47,129 bases of DNA from Patescibacteria group bacterium (GTDB lineage: Bacteria > Patescibacteriota > Patescibacteriia > UBA10025 > JBIOWE01). The DNA is taken from assembly GCA_044868145.1 (NCBI GenBank), contig JBIOWE010000006.1:350537-397665 (forward strand), written 5' to 3'. The notes under the pieces are model-generated. The model made no database searches. It saw nothing but the letters and a program-made list of their open reading frames with translations, and had not been told where the DNA came from. The stretch's first letter is position 1, and every line of letters begins with the position of its first letter. The position numbers and the translations under genes were made by a program. Positions 9,910-18,820 of the stretch are shown piece by piece.

Positions 9910-10449
9910 TTACTCTGATTTTTTCTCCTCCTTTAAAACTTCTTGATACAACACCTGCCGATCAACTACTTTATTCAATTGATCAAACAGCTTGCCATTC
10001 TTTTCAAGAAAGACACCTTGCCGTGCTGACAGCAGCAGCCACATTTGACCTTCTGGCGCAAAAGTAAGATAGAGAAGTGCTTGTGTTCCATTTTTAATGG
10101 AAAATGGTAGGGCACTCTCCTCCACTATTCCCCCATTATCACTCTGAATAATACTGACGACTAATGGGTCTGGAGCGTTTCCCTTCCAAACTTCTTTAGG
10201 TTGAATTGTCCAATCGGTCAGGACAAGGTTATGATCTTCATCGATAAACGTTCGCTGCCGGGAATCAGTAAAGGTGCCCAGTACAATGAGTTCCGCGTCC
10301 TCCGCAAGGATGGCTGGCGTGAGATGCCGTTCAATCATATCAACTGTTACGATGTCCTTTTCTCTTTTGTCCTTACTAAAATACAGATATCCTCCTGCTG
10401 CAAGACCAATGACGACGATTGGTAAGATTACGACCATGATTTTTTTCAT
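9910..10449 (-). CDS. Hypothetical N-terminally anchored extracytoplasmic protein
   Basis: 179-aa ORF with the signal/anchor MKKIMVVILPIVVIGLAAGGYLYF. It starts 11 nt downstream of the metalloprotease stop. Confidence 0.55.
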   Translation of the reverse strand: MKKIMVVILPIVVIGLAAGGYLYFSKDKREKDIVTVDMIERHLTPAILAEDAELIVLGTFTDSRQRTFIDEDHNLVLTDWTIQPKEVWKGNAPDPLVVSIIQSDNGGIVEESALPFSIKNGTQALLYLTFAPEGQMWLLLSARQGVFLEKNGKLFDQLNKVVDRQVLYQEVLKEEKKSE

Positions 10450-10460
10450 ATAGTTGTTCT

Positions 10461-11018
10461 TTAATAAATGCCGTAAATTGCTCTAATACCATTAATATCG
10501 TCAGTTTCCAAGGTTCGCTTGTATATTTCTCCGGGCGCGGCGCTGCCATACATCGTTTTCCAGTAATCCCAGCTGTTTTTTAAATCTCCCAAGTTCAGCC
10601 AATGTCCAAACTCATGCGTCATCACGTTTTGCACGTCATACTTATAGGATACTCCATTCACATCCCAAGAGTACCGCGAACTGATATCCGTATCCTTGTC
10701 AGTAATACGCATCGTACTTGAACTCTCGCGAACATACGTCACTGCGAGCGCATCTGGATATTGCCAGAGATTTTTAAAACCAATCGTATGACCAGCGTTC
10801 CCAACTCGAAAATGGAACTTAGCGCCAGCTTTGTTCCACGCGGACATTGCGTACGCAATAGCATTATCCCACGCAACAGGTACCTCCGACAAGATTGTAA
10901 CGTCAACGTAAGTGGGGTTACCATAATCCCAGTGATGACCGGAATATGAGTATGCGCTTGTATGGATGGGGAAGGTTATCATCGTCAGGAAGGCGAAAAA
11001 GACAACAAACTTTTTCAT
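10461..11018 (-). CDS. Secreted zinc metalloprotease, matrixin/snapalysin-like metzincin
   Basis: Contains the HEFGHWLNLGD zinc motif and a C-terminal DDINGIRAIYG. Signal peptide is MKKFVVFFAFLTMITFPIHTSA. The track ORF extends to 11069, and alternative starts at 11045 or 11069 are possible. Confidence 0.8.
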   Translation of the reverse strand: MKKFVVFFAFLTMITFPIHTSAYSYSGHHWDYGNPTYVDVTILSEVPVAWDNAIAYAMSAWNKAGAKFHFRVGNAGHTIGFKNLWQYPDALAVTYVRESSSTMRITDKDTDISSRYSWDVNGVSYKYDVQNVMTHEFGHWLNLGDLKNSWDYWKTMYGSAAPGEIYKRTLETDDINGIRAIYGIY

Positions 11019-11300
11019 AATGTTTACTTTAATGATTACCTTCATTAACCCCCAAGATGCGGGAAACATCCGTCATTCCCAAATCATGTTTTTTTACCAC
11101 CTCCTTTCATATATAAAAAACCTTTCCACAACCTGCGACGACGGCGCTTGAAGTGACGCGCGAGGCTTTAGGGAAGGTTTTGTCTGACGATTAAGTTGTT
11201 ATCTTGTACTAAACCGACGGCTCAAATCGAACTATAGTAATCAATTTCTATAACAATTATATCATTTTATACCAATTCTCTCCACCGGAACGTGAACGGC

Positions 11301-11331
11301 AAAAAACAATTATTACGGAGGCACGTAATAA
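11301..11331 (-). terminator. Rho-independent terminator closing the four-gene sensor operon
   Basis: On the minus strand: TTATTACG-tgcctc-CGTAATAA followed by TTGTTTTTT, about 30 nt after the stop at 11360. Confidence 0.6.
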
Positions 11332-11359
11332 TAAACTAGTTTGAAAATTTTACCTCTAC

Positions 11360-12787
11360 TTAATGGACGTTTATACGTTCCACGGCTTGCTTATACAAAA
11401 GCGCATTCGCGAGCGCAAATGTTGTTTGATTCCGAAAACCAGATAAGTGCTGTAGATTTTCTAAAGTAAATGCCTCTTTTCTCTCTTTTGGACCAAAGAG
11501 AAACACTCCGATCAGTTCGTCTTGTTCACCAATGGGAAGAACTAAGGCTACGTTCAATTCCTGTAGCCTACGTTCAATGTTTTTCAGCAACTGTACCTCG
11601 TTTTGACTTTTTGTTTCCGATAAATATGGTATCTCTTCGGTGACGAGAATTTCAGAGTGAATGCGCAGGTATTCAAATAGTGGATCGTTAAGATTCACGA
11701 TAATTTTCTTAACATTTTCTGGCCAATAAGTCTCTAGCTTACTTTCTTTTTTATAGTTTAAAAGAAATTGAATGTCCTGCATCCCCAACATCGTCCGAAA
11801 CTCTACGCTAACCTTTCCAATCAAATCTTTGAAATGTAAAGTTGAGGATAAAATGAATTGCATCCGCTTACTTTCTAATCTTGTTTCTCTTCGCCTAGCA
11901 TAAAAAACTTTATTGACAATCCTTGCAACAAATCGTCGAAGCGGTTCAATGGTTAATACAATGAGTAGCACGAGCAGAACGGTAGAAATTTGCGAGTCCC
12001 AGTTGTACTGTTCTTGTAAAAATCTTTGAAAAAATAATAATAAATAGATATATGTAAAAAGAATAGTTACCAAGGTGGCGAGGTAAATAATACTTTTCTT
12101 TATGATAATTTTAATGTCAAAAAGACGGTAACGTAACATGGCATATGCTATGGCAAACGAAAAAAGTACCGAGGAATTCAGCAAGATCCTGTTCTGAGTG
12201 GCTGACACCTGTCCACCTGAAAGATTAAAATAGGTACTCCATGCTAGGAGGACAACAATTGTAATAAGATATCCTAATAATATATATCGAAGCTGGAGCT
12301 TTATAATACCATCACTATTAATATATTTTCTAAGTAAGATACCCCCGCCCATTACAATGAAATAAATTATGATTATTGCCACATAGAGATAGTAGAGTGG
12401 TGGAACAATCCCTTGAATTACGAGCGGTGGATTAATGAACAAGTTTGAAAAAGAAAGTATAGATAAAATGACGATTGGCAACATTAGTGCAATCTCTTGT
12501 TTAAAGGTAAGATCACCTTCCCGGGGGAAATGCGCTGCGAAGCTTACTACAAAACCAGCGATAAGGGCTGCCAAGGCAAAATTAGCATGAGTCGTCAGGG
12601 AATAAAGTTGTGAAGAAATATTTTCATCTTGTAGATAAACAGCTAAGATCCATAATAATGAGGCAAGAATCAAGAAAAAGAATCTTCGATGCGCTTTACT
12701 AACGTGCCATTTTTTAAACACTTTGTAACAGATATAAACATAAATGGAAAGATTGGCTAAAGTGATAATTGTAAGTAATGTTCTCAT
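11360..12787 (-). CDS. 7TM-GAF membrane sensor protein without a kinase module (paralogue 1)
   Basis: 475-aa ORF with a hydrophobic N-terminal about 260 aa carrying YAMLRYRLFDIKIIIKK. The GAF-like C-terminus ends ..VLPIGEQDELIGVFLFGPKERKEAFT..ALANALLYKQ. There is no H-box or ATPase motif. Confidence 0.8.
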   Translation of the reverse strand: MRTLLTIITLANLSIYVYICYKVFKKWHVSKAHRRFFFLILASLLWILAVYLQDENISSQLYSLTTHANFALAALIAGFVVSFAAHFPREGDLTFKQEIALMLPIVILSILSFSNLFINPPLVIQGIVPPLYYLYVAIIIIYFIVMGGGILLRKYINSDGIIKLQLRYILLGYLITIVVLLAWSTYFNLSGGQVSATQNRILLNSSVLFSFAIAYAMLRYRLFDIKIIIKKSIIYLATLVTILFTYIYLLLFFQRFLQEQYNWDSQISTVLLVLLIVLTIEPLRRFVARIVNKVFYARRRETRLESKRMQFILSSTLHFKDLIGKVSVEFRTMLGMQDIQFLLNYKKESKLETYWPENVKKIIVNLNDPLFEYLRIHSEILVTEEIPYLSETKSQNEVQLLKNIERRLQELNVALVLPIGEQDELIGVFLFGPKERKEAFTLENLQHLSGFRNQTTFALANALLYKQAVERINVH

Positions 12788-12791
12788 ATTG

Positions 12792-13418
12792 TTATTGATT
12801 ATTGCCTTCTCCCCTTCTCAATTTTAAATACTTTTGATACTCCTCATCTTTTTTGATTAGTTCTTCGGTGAGGATGAGGCGCAAATAGTCGGCCTTTGTG
12901 GTCTTTTTTTGTTTCGATTTCCATGTGAGGTAACGCTCCATTTGGGGCGTGATGCGGAGGGTAAACTTAATGCTCGGCACTTCGCTGATCTGCCCCGCTT
13001 CCATGAGGCCAAGAAAATCCATCAAGACTCCTTGCAATTCGTTCGGTGAGTATGATTTCATTCGTATGTGCGGAGGGATTGACTTTGCCGAGAGATAGCC
13101 AAGCGCGTTTTTCCCGTCAGTTCCCTTTTCGTATAAGTATAGTGTCGCCTTTTTCTGGGACATGGCATACGCCAGCAAATACCCGACTTCGGTGTCTGGC
13201 TGTGACGCCTCGATAATAAGCGCATCCATTTTGTCGAGCAAATTTTCGCCCGTCATATTGATTTGCTCCAAATCTTCCTTCGAGAAGTCCGTAAGCTGCG
13301 CATTACTGTAGCTCGCCACTACGGTGTTACTGGCATCTTTAAGTATCTTAATCATCGCCTGGCAGTTCTGCCGGATTTGCTCGCTTGCTTGCTGTGGGGC
13401 AAATACGTAAAATTTCAT
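12792..13418 (-). CDS. Nucleoside 2-deoxyribosyltransferase/SLOG-like Rossmann domain fused to a C-terminal ribbon-helix-helix-like segment
   Basis: 208-aa ORF. MDALIIEASQPDTEVGYLLAYAMSQKKATLYLY resembles the NDT-like core. The C-terminal KFTLRITPQMERYL..KADYLRLILTEEL has the beta-alpha-alpha pattern of RHH. The gene sits 1 nt and 4 nt from its neighbours. Confidence 0.5.
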   Translation of the reverse strand: MKFYVFAPQQASEQIRQNCQAMIKILKDASNTVVASYSNAQLTDFSKEDLEQINMTGENLLDKMDALIIEASQPDTEVGYLLAYAMSQKKATLYLYEKGTDGKNALGYLSAKSIPPHIRMKSYSPNELQGVLMDFLGLMEAGQISEVPSIKFTLRITPQMERYLTWKSKQKKTTKADYLRLILTEELIKKDEEYQKYLKLRRGEGNNQ

Positions 13419-13419
13419 A

Positions 13420-14430
13420 TTATGGTCGCATGCTAATTTCGCCAGCCATATCCTCTTTCATCCGTTTACGAATGTCTTCGAGGTTCTTGGTTTTGCCTAG
13501 GATCCACATTAGCTTGGTGAGCGCCGCTTCGAATGTCATTTCATTGATTGCAATATACTCAACCTTTTTCTTCTTACTGTCGAGTGAAAAAGGATTATGG
13601 GCGATGACTGGCACGGCTTTTTGTTTTGCTTTTCGCAGGACGGGTGCAAATGAATCGGGGAAAAGATTCGTGTGATAGGTACGAACAATAATTCCATGAC
13701 ACTTCTTTTCGAGCATCTGACCCAAAATGTCCGCAGCAATCCCCGGGTACAGCTGAATCGTATAAACATTGGTGTCCAAATGCGGATAATACTGTAATTT
13801 TTGCTTTGAACGCTTTCTCCGATTCTCAAAAAGTCGTATACCGAAATCTACCTTGCCAAGGTATTGGCGGTTGAGCGAGTCAAAGATGTTGAATGTCGGC
13901 GTATCGCCTTTCAAAGCCTGGTTGCCGCGAATCAAGCGGTTGCCGAACATGATCGCGACTTCGGCGATATCCATTGTTGCTACTTGTATTGCATTGATAA
14001 GATTCGCTTTCACGCCAAGTCCCCGATAATCTTCAATAAGCCCCTCGAGGCTTGCCTTTGCTTTTGGATCAGACGGCAACGGAGATCCGGTCAAAACGAT
14101 CGGCTTTGAGAGTCCTTGCAAAATAAACGAAAGTGCCGACGCTGTGTAAATTATCGTGTCAACGCCGTGTGTAATGACAAATCCGTCATATTTTGTGTAG
14201 CGCTTCTGTATTTCCGAAGAAAGCTTCAACCATAAGGCGGGAGTCATTTCCGACGCGTCCTCGCCATAGACAAATACGGGATCAATATCCGCTATAATAC
14301 GAAGCTCCGGGACAGTGGTGAACCATTTTGAAATATCTGAAGCATCACGCACCGCAAGGATCTGTTTATCTTGCATGATGGTGGCCCCGCCGCAAAACAG
14401 AAGGCAGATTTTCTTACGTTTTATTGGCAT
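13420..14430 (-). CDS. Type I L-asparaginase (AnsA) family homologue with substituted catalytic threonines
   Basis: [39 protein letters not shown] aligns with E. coli AnsA [39 protein letters not shown]. The N-terminal motif is CGGATIMQ, against TGGTIGMQ in AnsA. I chose the start at ATG 14430 (MPIKRKK); the track ORF extends to 14562, inside the upstream gene. Confidence 0.85.
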   Translation of the reverse strand: [336 protein letters not shown]

Positions 14431-15814
14431 TTGATTTAATTCGTTCGATCGCATCCCGATAGAGAACTGCATTCCCAAGGCTAATGATGGATTGCAACGA
14501 GAGTTGCTTGAGAAATTGGATGTCTCCCAGAGTAAATGCAGCGCCCGACTGCTTTTTACCAATTAAGAATATTCCAATAAGCTCTTCCCCTTTGCCAATA
14601 GGGACAACAGCTGCCACATTGATTTCTTGCAGCAGTCTCTCGATGCTATTAAATTCTTTTTTTTCAAGTCGCGTGTCAGCATCTATCATGTACGATAATT
14701 CTTCTGCGATGATTATTTCGCCGAAATCTCTCAAATAACGGACCAGAGGATTTGAAAATTCAAGCTTTAGCGGACCAATAAACGCTTTTTCTCTTTGGTC
14801 AGCCAAAAGAATGCGAACATCTTGTATGTCTAGAAAATCTTTCAGCCTGACGGTAATTGCCTGCAACAATGCAGACAAATCCTTCGTACTCGATAAATGA
14901 CCACGTAATTCCTCGAGCACAGAATCGGCATCCTGCCGGGTCTCAAAAATCGCATTAATCAACAATTCAACGCCTTTCCTTAGGGGCGGGAAACCAATTG
15001 CAATCAAAGCTACCAAAAGAAAAATGCCCCAGCTTTCCGAAAGATGAATCGATGTCTGAAGATACTGTTTTCCAACAATCACAACATATGCGTAAAAAGC
15101 TAAGGCGATCATTAATGAAGTGGCATAGATAAATCCTTTGCGAAGAACAAATTTAATGTCCAAAAATCGATAGCGCGTGATGCTATATGTTAAGATACCC
15201 ACAAAGAAAAAAGAGGTGAGACTATCAAAATTATAGTATTTCGTATTACCGAGAACTGGGAAAATAAAATCAACAATGATAATCAGAACGATAGGGATCC
15301 CAAATCCTAAGCAAACATAGTTCATCTGCAACCTCCGTAGTCCAATTGTTGCAGCGCGTTCTTTGATTAATAAAATGGCAGATAAGAGCAAAGTCGTTGA
15401 AACAATAAAAGCATAAGGAAAGAATAAAACTCCGAAGTCAGCTTTCATGGAATATGTATCAACTTCTGTAATTTTCTTAATTAGCACGCCTGGCACAAGC
15501 GAAAAAAGAGCGACTATAATGGACAAGCAATAACTAAGTAATAGATAGAATCTACTGATCTTTTTTCGTATAAACGAGGATACCCAATGCAACACGATGG
15601 GTGGAATCAGTGCGCCAAAAGCATACGATACATGAAGATAGGGGTAATTCGCTCGCACATTTGTAAAAAGCCAAATATTTGACAATACCCAGAGGGTTAT
15701 TGCGAACGCCAAAACGCCGAAAAGCCTATTAAGCAATTTTCGCGGATTTTTGGCCAAAACGTATATGCCTAGGCCAAGATTCAGGAGTCCTGCAAGGAAA
15801 ATTAAAGGTATCAT
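14414..15814 (-). CDS. 7TM-GAF membrane sensor protein without a kinase module (paralogue 2)
   Basis: Same architecture and length class as 11360..12787. It carries YSITRYRFLDIKFVLRK and ..VVPIGKGEELIGIFLIGKKQSGAAFT..LGNAVLYRD. I chose the ATG at 15814 (MIPLIF); the track starts at TTG 15841. Confidence 0.8.
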   Translation of the reverse strand: MIPLIFLAGLLNLGLGIYVLAKNPRKLLNRLFGVLAFAITLWVLSNIWLFTNVRANYPYLHVSYAFGALIPPIVLHWVSSFIRKKISRFYLLLSYCLSIIVALFSLVPGVLIKKITEVDTYSMKADFGVLFFPYAFIVSTTLLLSAILLIKERAATIGLRRLQMNYVCLGFGIPIVLIIIVDFIFPVLGNTKYYNFDSLTSFFFVGILTYSITRYRFLDIKFVLRKGFIYATSLMIALAFYAYVVIVGKQYLQTSIHLSESWGIFLLVALIAIGFPPLRKGVELLINAIFETRQDADSVLEELRGHLSSTKDLSALLQAITVRLKDFLDIQDVRILLADQREKAFIGPLKLEFSNPLVRYLRDFGEIIIAEELSYMIDADTRLEKKEFNSIERLLQEINVAAVVPIGKGEELIGIFLIGKKQSGAAFTLGDIQFLKQLSLQSIISLGNAVLYRDAIERIKSNANKT

Positions 15815-15907
15815 AGAGTCGACTTTATAGCGCCGTCGCAATATTTAGCGCCGTCTCTACTTTATACCCTCCCCTTTTGGCCGTCAAGTGAATAAACTGT
15901 GGAAAAC

Positions 15908-15936
15908 AAAAAGCCCGATCTGCTCTCGGGCTTTTT
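15908..15936 (-). terminator. Hairpin terminator (bidirectional shape) separating the methyltransferase gene from the sensor operon
   Basis: AAAAAGCCCGA-tctgctc-TCGGGCTTTTT, located 5 nt after the stop at 15941. Confidence 0.7.
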
Positions 15937-15940
15937 AAAG

Positions 15941-16555
15941 TTACAATTTTCGTGCGATCATGGATACAATGCCATGAATGTGCGGCCGTGGTCTGCCGGG
16001 ATGCGCTTTATCTCGTTTCTTGAGTTCACGATAGTACACGATGTTCCAATCAAAGAACATGGTGGCCAATTCTTTGGGTCGGAAAAATGCTCTACCCTTG
16101 CGTCCTTTACTCCAGGATCTCGGATCCTTTGTAGTGAAATTAGAAAGAACAAGGTAGCCTCCGTGCTTCAGATTATTTTTTATATCACGCAATAAGCGGA
16201 GCGCCTTTTTCTTGACGAGAAAATGAAGAACGTTATAGGCATTCACGACCATATACTGATCTCGCCGGATACGCACATCTGCAATATCCTTCTGAAATAC
16301 CTGAATGTTACTTGCAAGGCCTTGGTTTCCCACCTCTTGACGCAGGGTCTTGAGGCCTTCCTTGGCAATATCAATAGCAACCACGCGAAACCCTTGTTTT
16401 GCCAAAAAGAGCGCGTCCCTGCCCTGGCCAGTGCCAAGATCCAATATGGTTGAATGCTTCCCGAAGCGTTCCCAAACTTTTTTCAGTAATTCGTTTGGCC
16501 CTTTTCCCCACAAACTTCGATATTCTTTGTATAACTGATCAAATCCGGCACACAT
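15941..16555 (-). CDS. Class I SAM-dependent methyltransferase (TehB-like)
   Basis: 204-aa ORF with motif I ILDLGTGQGRDALFLAKQGFRVVAIDI. Confidence 0.85.
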   Translation of the reverse strand: MCAGFDQLYKEYRSLWGKGPNELLKKVWERFGKHSTILDLGTGQGRDALFLAKQGFRVVAIDIAKEGLKTLRQEVGNQGLASNIQVFQKDIADVRIRRDQYMVVNAYNVLHFLVKKKALRLLRDIKNNLKHGGYLVLSNFTTKDPRSWSKGRKGRAFFRPKELATMFFDWNIVYYRELKKRDKAHPGRPRPHIHGIVSMIARKL

Positions 16556-16576
16556 GGTTTCCCTCCTTCTCGGTTG

Positions 16577-16810
16577 TCAAAGAAATGATTGTTTTAGCAA
16601 ATCGCCCAACAGTATTGCACTCTTGGGCGTTTGGTCTGTTTGGCTGGCGGAGCCGAACAACTGCAATCGTGCGTTTGGGTTACGCTTCTCGTTTTCCCTT
16701 ATTAGGGAAAGGATAACTCCCATTACTATAAAAACGAGAAGGAGTCCAAGGGCAAAGATTGTAGCCTCTTTACGTGTCCGTCGCCCGTAATGCAAATGAG
16801 CTTTTTTCAA
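16577..16810 (-). CDS. Small hypothetical membrane protein
   Basis: 77-aa ORF with one TM helix (IFALGLLLVFIVMGVILSLI). A GGAGGG lies 9 nt upstream of the ATG at 16810. There is no homology signal. Confidence 0.4.
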   Translation of the reverse strand: MKKAHLHYGRRTRKEATIFALGLLLVFIVMGVILSLIRENEKRNPNARLQLFGSASQTDQTPKSAILLGDLLKQSFL

Positions 16811-16827
16811 TAGGCCCTCCTTTTAGT

Positions 16828-16927
16828 TTGTGCAACCATTTTAACGATTGTGCAAAAATTGTCAAGTACAAAAAGGGCTGACTGAGAATTTAGAACCGGC
16901 TCTGTGTAGCTTGACATCATGCACAAT
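16828..16927. promoter_or_regulatory. Candidate operator set in a divergent promoter region: TTGTGCAA x2 (20-bp phased) plus an inverted TGCACAAT
   Basis: TTGTGCAA occurs at 16828-16835 and 16848-16855. The inverted copy at 16920-16927 lies just after a TTGACA (16911-16916). Confidence 0.35.
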
Positions 16928-16999
16928 AACTGTTAGGTACATAGTAGAACCGTTTGTACCTTCAAAACTAAATCACATGAAACCACAAGGAGGAAATTC

Positions 17000-18814
17000 A
17001 TGCACCATAAGAAAAAAGATGCCGAGGGCTTTGATCTTGTTAGAGCTCCTCATCTCGTAGGATTGATTGGCCGATACACAATGTTCCTCATTGTACTGGT
17101 CGGCCTCTCCTTTATGGGAAGTCCGCTCATCCCAGCTTTGCATCGCAATGGGTGCGCATACCACGCAGAAAACCCTGAACATGTATTTTCCTGTGGCATG
17201 GCCGTTCTGTGGGGAGAAACACAGCAAAAAACAGGCTTTTCCATTGTGCACCCAGGCAGATGGTATGGCGCTTTATTCGAAGAACATCTTGATTCATTGC
17301 GTATCTTACCACCTGCAACGCAGTTTACCGATAGTCAAGATTCATTGGCACAAATCTGGTGTGTATTGTATGAGCCCACCAATCTTGTTTATGTTGGATA
17401 TGTTACAAAACCCATAATCCGAAAAGTCGAATCATTAGGAAATCTCGCTCGCTCAAAAGAACACCTGTATGCAACCGCTGCGTTTGTTCTGCCATATAAC
17501 CTGCATGCCAATGCTCAAGAAAACCTCGCGGAGTTCGCTTCATTCATCCGTTCGTTTGCCACACGCAACAAAACGCTGTTTCCTCGACTCAATGCGGACA
17601 CGGTGATTGCGAGAACAAACAAAATAGAGAGGAGTCACTTTAGCTTCGTCTTCAGAGATTCCGGCAATTTACGGAGGATCGCATTGGGAGTCTTGATCGC
17701 CATTCTCGGCATACACTTCCATTTCGTGCTCGCTGGGGTTTTCTGGAAAAGGCTCTTAAAGCGTTGCACTGAATATCATCGACACGGCTTTCCGGCGAGA
17801 CCACCAAGATTCATTCAATGTTTTCTTGCGCCCTCAATGCTTCAGTACGCGATTCATTATACCGAACAGCTCAAAACTGGCCAAAAACTATACTGGCAAC
17901 GCATCGCTGAAGCGGAAAAAAAGCGAAACGACATCAAGCGGCAACTCGACCGAATGCAGTCGTTCATGGAAGAAATTGAACGCTTTCAGACAGAACTTTC
18001 TGAAGACATTTCGCTTCCCGACAAGGTTTTTGCTTCGATTGATTCATTGATCAAACTCGCGATGGCAGAACATTTACCGTTGAATAGACGTAGGCGCCAT
18101 CTGGAAGAAGCGCGGCAACTCACTTATAAGTACTCTGCGCGTGAAGAACTGCGTGAAAAAGAACGTCGCGAGGTGTATGAAAAGAACCTCTTGGAGAAAG
18201 TAGAATCGCTAAGGTTTCATACCTTATCAATCGAGAAGCAGCAAGACGTGCGAGTCTGCCTTAAGAACTACGAGCAAGAATCACCAAAACGTTTAAAACG
18301 TCGAATTTACTGGCTTGAACAAGCGCTGGCCGCCGCCAACATACCTATTGAAAAAGAACAAGAATTGCCCCGGAGGAAAGAACAAGTCCCTATCACGCAA
18401 AAGGAAAAAGCGACTCTTCCCCAACTAAATCAGGACAGTCTAATAACGTTGCTAGATATTCAAGGAGTACTTCCATCATCAACTGATCTCATTCATGCTT
18501 CCTCGATTATTTTGCAGGGATTGCTCAAGCCAGGCCAACGCGGTCGCTCCTACTTTAACGAAAGATACCGTACAGCCCAATATGTGAGGCGGGATGTGGC
18601 AAGCAAACTACAAAAACAGTTTGATCCGGATCTCTATGAGCAGGCGCTCAGCTGGCTTGTCGAACAAAGGGTGATCCTTATTCCAAAACGAAAACGTCAC
18701 CAAGTTGTTTATTCGCTAAATCCCCATGTTGCAACTGCGCAAAACGGAGGCAAACCCATCATACAACGCATCTTGAACTTTAAAGACGAGCTTCTGAAGC
18801 TTGTCAGTACCTAA
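17000..18814 (+). CDS. Orphan membrane protein with two TM segments around a domain of about 190 aa, a long charged coiled-coil and a basic C-terminal domain
   Basis: 604-aa ORF with AAGGAGG 6 nt upstream of ATG 17000. It is the only plus-strand gene in the first 27 kb. No family motif was recognised. Confidence 0.7.
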   Translation: MHHKKKDAEGFDLVRAPHLVGLIGRYTMFLIVLVGLSFMGSPLIPALHRNGCAYHAENPEHVFSCGMAVLWGETQQKTGFSIVHPGRWYGALFEEHLDSLRILPPATQFTDSQDSLAQIWCVLYEPTNLVYVGYVTKPIIRKVESLGNLARSKEHLYATAAFVLPYNLHANAQENLAEFASFIRSFATRNKTLFPRLNADTVIARTNKIERSHFSFVFRDSGNLRRIALGVLIAILGIHFHFVLAGVFWKRLLKRCTEYHRHGFPARPPRFIQCFLAPSMLQYAIHYTEQLKTGQKLYWQRIAEAEKKRNDIKRQLDRMQSFMEEIERFQTELSEDISLPDKVFASIDSLIKLAMAEHLPLNRRRRHLEEARQLTYKYSAREELREKERREVYEKNLLEKVESLRFHTLSIEKQQDVRVCLKNYEQESPKRLKRRIYWLEQALAAANIPIEKEQELPRRKEQVPITQKEKATLPQLNQDSLITLLDIQGVLPSSTDLIHASSIILQGLLKPGQRGRSYFNERYRTAQYVRRDVASKLQKQFDPDLYEQALSWLVEQRVILIPKRKRHQVVYSLNPHVATAQNGGKPIIQRILNFKDELLKLVST

Positions 18815-18820
18815 CATATA

